A DNA stretch of 64,000 bases from Gemmatimonadales bacterium (GTDB lineage Bacteria > Gemmatimonadota > Gemmatimonadetes > Gemmatimonadales > GWC2-71-9), in contig OZ252244.1 in assembly GCA_965249575.1 (NCBI GenBank), positions 64,001-128,000 of the forward strand. Reading direction: 5' to 3'. Shown here one piece after another: positions 62,759 to 64,000 of this stretch. The notes beneath the pieces are model-generated. The model searched no databases. It saw only the letters and a program-made list of their open reading frames with translations, and was not told the DNA's origin. How positions within the stretch are numbered: position 1 is the first letter of the stretch; every line of letters starts with the position of its first letter. Both the position numbers and the translations under genes were made by a program.

Positions 62759-63538
62759 TCACCACGTGAGATCCAGATGCGCAGCCGCGATCCGCAATCC
62801 TGTGAGGGTCAGATGCGGTTCCACCCCCTCGATCTCCTGACTGAGTGGTGCAATCAGGTGGGCAAAGCCCCCGGTCGCCACGACGTGCGGGTCGGATTCA
62901 GTAGGCCATTCGCTTTTGATCCGCCGAACGATGCCATCGGTGGCATCGGCGGCACCGTACAGGACGCCGGATCGGATGCAGTCCTCGGTCCTGCGCCCGA
63001 TTACGTGCACCGGGGCGGTTAGTTCGGTCGCAGGCAATTTGGCGGCGCGCCGAATGAGCATCTCGGCCCCGGTGACGATCCCGGGCGCGATGACCCCCCC
63101 CAAGAACCTCGAGTCGGCGGTGATGCAATCAAAGGTCGTGGCCGTTCCAAAATCGACCACGATCGTGTCCCTGCGATACAACGTCGCGGCGGCTAGCGTG
63201 TTGACCACGCGATCCGCTCCAACCGTCAAAGGTTCTTCGACGGCGAGTGACAGGGGAAGCTCGGACTCCGGACCAACACGCACAGGCACCACACCCGCCG
63301 CCCCGCCAATCCCGTCCGCCAGGCTGTCCGTCGTCGCAGGGGCCACCGATGCGAGTACCGCAGCACGCACCGCTCGGATCTCGAGACCGGCCTGGGACAG
63401 CAACGTCGTGACCGTCGCAGCCCACTCGTCCGGCGTGCGCGATGCGACAGCCATGAGCCGCCAATGGGCGGCGAGCCCGTCGCCTTTGAACACGCCGATG
63501 GTGATTTCCGTGTTTCCCACGTCCACCGTCAGGAGCAT
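62759..63538 (-). CDS. coaX: Type III pantothenate kinase
   Basis: DVGNT, GADR, VDFGTATT, GGVIAPG, ATGG. Confidence 0.95.
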   Translation of the reverse strand: MLLTVDVGNTEITIGVFKGDGLAAHWRLMAVASRTPDEWAATVTTLLSQAGLEIRAVRAAVLASVAPATTDSLADGIGGAAGVVPVRVGPESELPLSLAVEEPLTVGADRVVNTLAAATLYRRDTIVVDFGTATTFDCITADSRFLGGVIAPGIVTGAEMLIRRAAKLPATELTAPVHVIGRRTEDCIRSGVLYGAADATDGIVRRIKSEWPTESDPHVVATGGFAHLIAPLSQEIEGVEPHLTLTGLRIAAAHLDLTW

Positions 63539-64000
63539 TGCACCGTCCCACCGAAGATCCGCTCGATACCCACTGCCGTGGTCACAAGGAGCGCACCGTC
63601 ACAGTCGATCCCCCGCACGGTCCCGACTGCCGGCTGCGCGATCTCACGGCCCGCGAGCCAGTCTGCCTTCTCGAACTGATCGAGCTCGGCTGCGCTAAGA
63701 GCCTTTCGAACCGAGATTCCGTGCAAGCGAGGCACCAGCTGTTCCAAGACATCGATGCGCCGTACGTCCGGGACCATGTCGCACAAGGCCACCGCCTGGT
63801 CGGCTACCTCGGACGGGAGGGGACCCACCATGTTGATGCCGATCCCCACCCCGATCCAGCGCAGCCGGTCCTCCATCCATCGGGCTTCGCACAGAATGCC
63901 AGCGACCTTGCGCCCGCCGATGAGCACGTCGTTGGGCCATTTCAGACCAACATCGACGACCGCGAACTCCCGCAGAACCCCCGCCAGTGCCAGGCCCACC
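63529..64000 (-). CDS. birA: Biotin--[acetyl-CoA-carboxylase] ligase, 3' part
   Basis: LKWPND, KVAGILCE, GIGIN. Confidence 0.92.
   Translation of the reverse strand, partial: VGLALAGVLREFAVVDVGLKWPNDVLIGGRKVAGILCEARWMEDRLRWIGVGIGINMVGPLPSEVADQAVALCDMVPDVRRIDVLEQLVPRLHGISVRKALSAAELDQFEKADWLAGREIAQPAVGTVRGIDCDGALLVTTAVGIERIFGGTVQCS

Overview
GC-rich bacterial DNA; gene content and style resemble Gemmatimonadota, which is an inference only. Layout: (1) 0.4-15.9 kb is peptide and D-amino-acid metabolism: a serine hydrolase/VanX-type dipeptidase, a GNAT + NSAR/OSBS + M20 trio, an APC permease, an M55 D-aminopeptidase and a polar amino-acid ABC operon with an embedded DUF6282-like amidohydrolase. 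(2) 15.9-43.6 kb is an accessory tract of small, mostly co-oriented genes (VOC, cupin, SnoaL, DinB, YciI, methyltransferases). It contains two recognisable integron attC sites and several eroded cassette ends, with no integrase in the window, plus a VOC protein carrying a histone H1-like basic tail of about 185 aa. (3) 44-51.5 kb holds a TetR remnant, a frameshifted cytochrome c' and a TolC/HlyD/ABC efflux operon. (4) 51.6-64 kb is mixed: AKR, ada, mscS, ATL, msrA, coaX and partial birA. The window has about ten apparent deletion junctions joining unrelated gene halves and many small frameshifts, reflecting either assembly/read error or genome decay. No rRNA, tRNA, CRISPR or transposase was recognised. 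All product calls come from motif recognition by eye, not from database searches.
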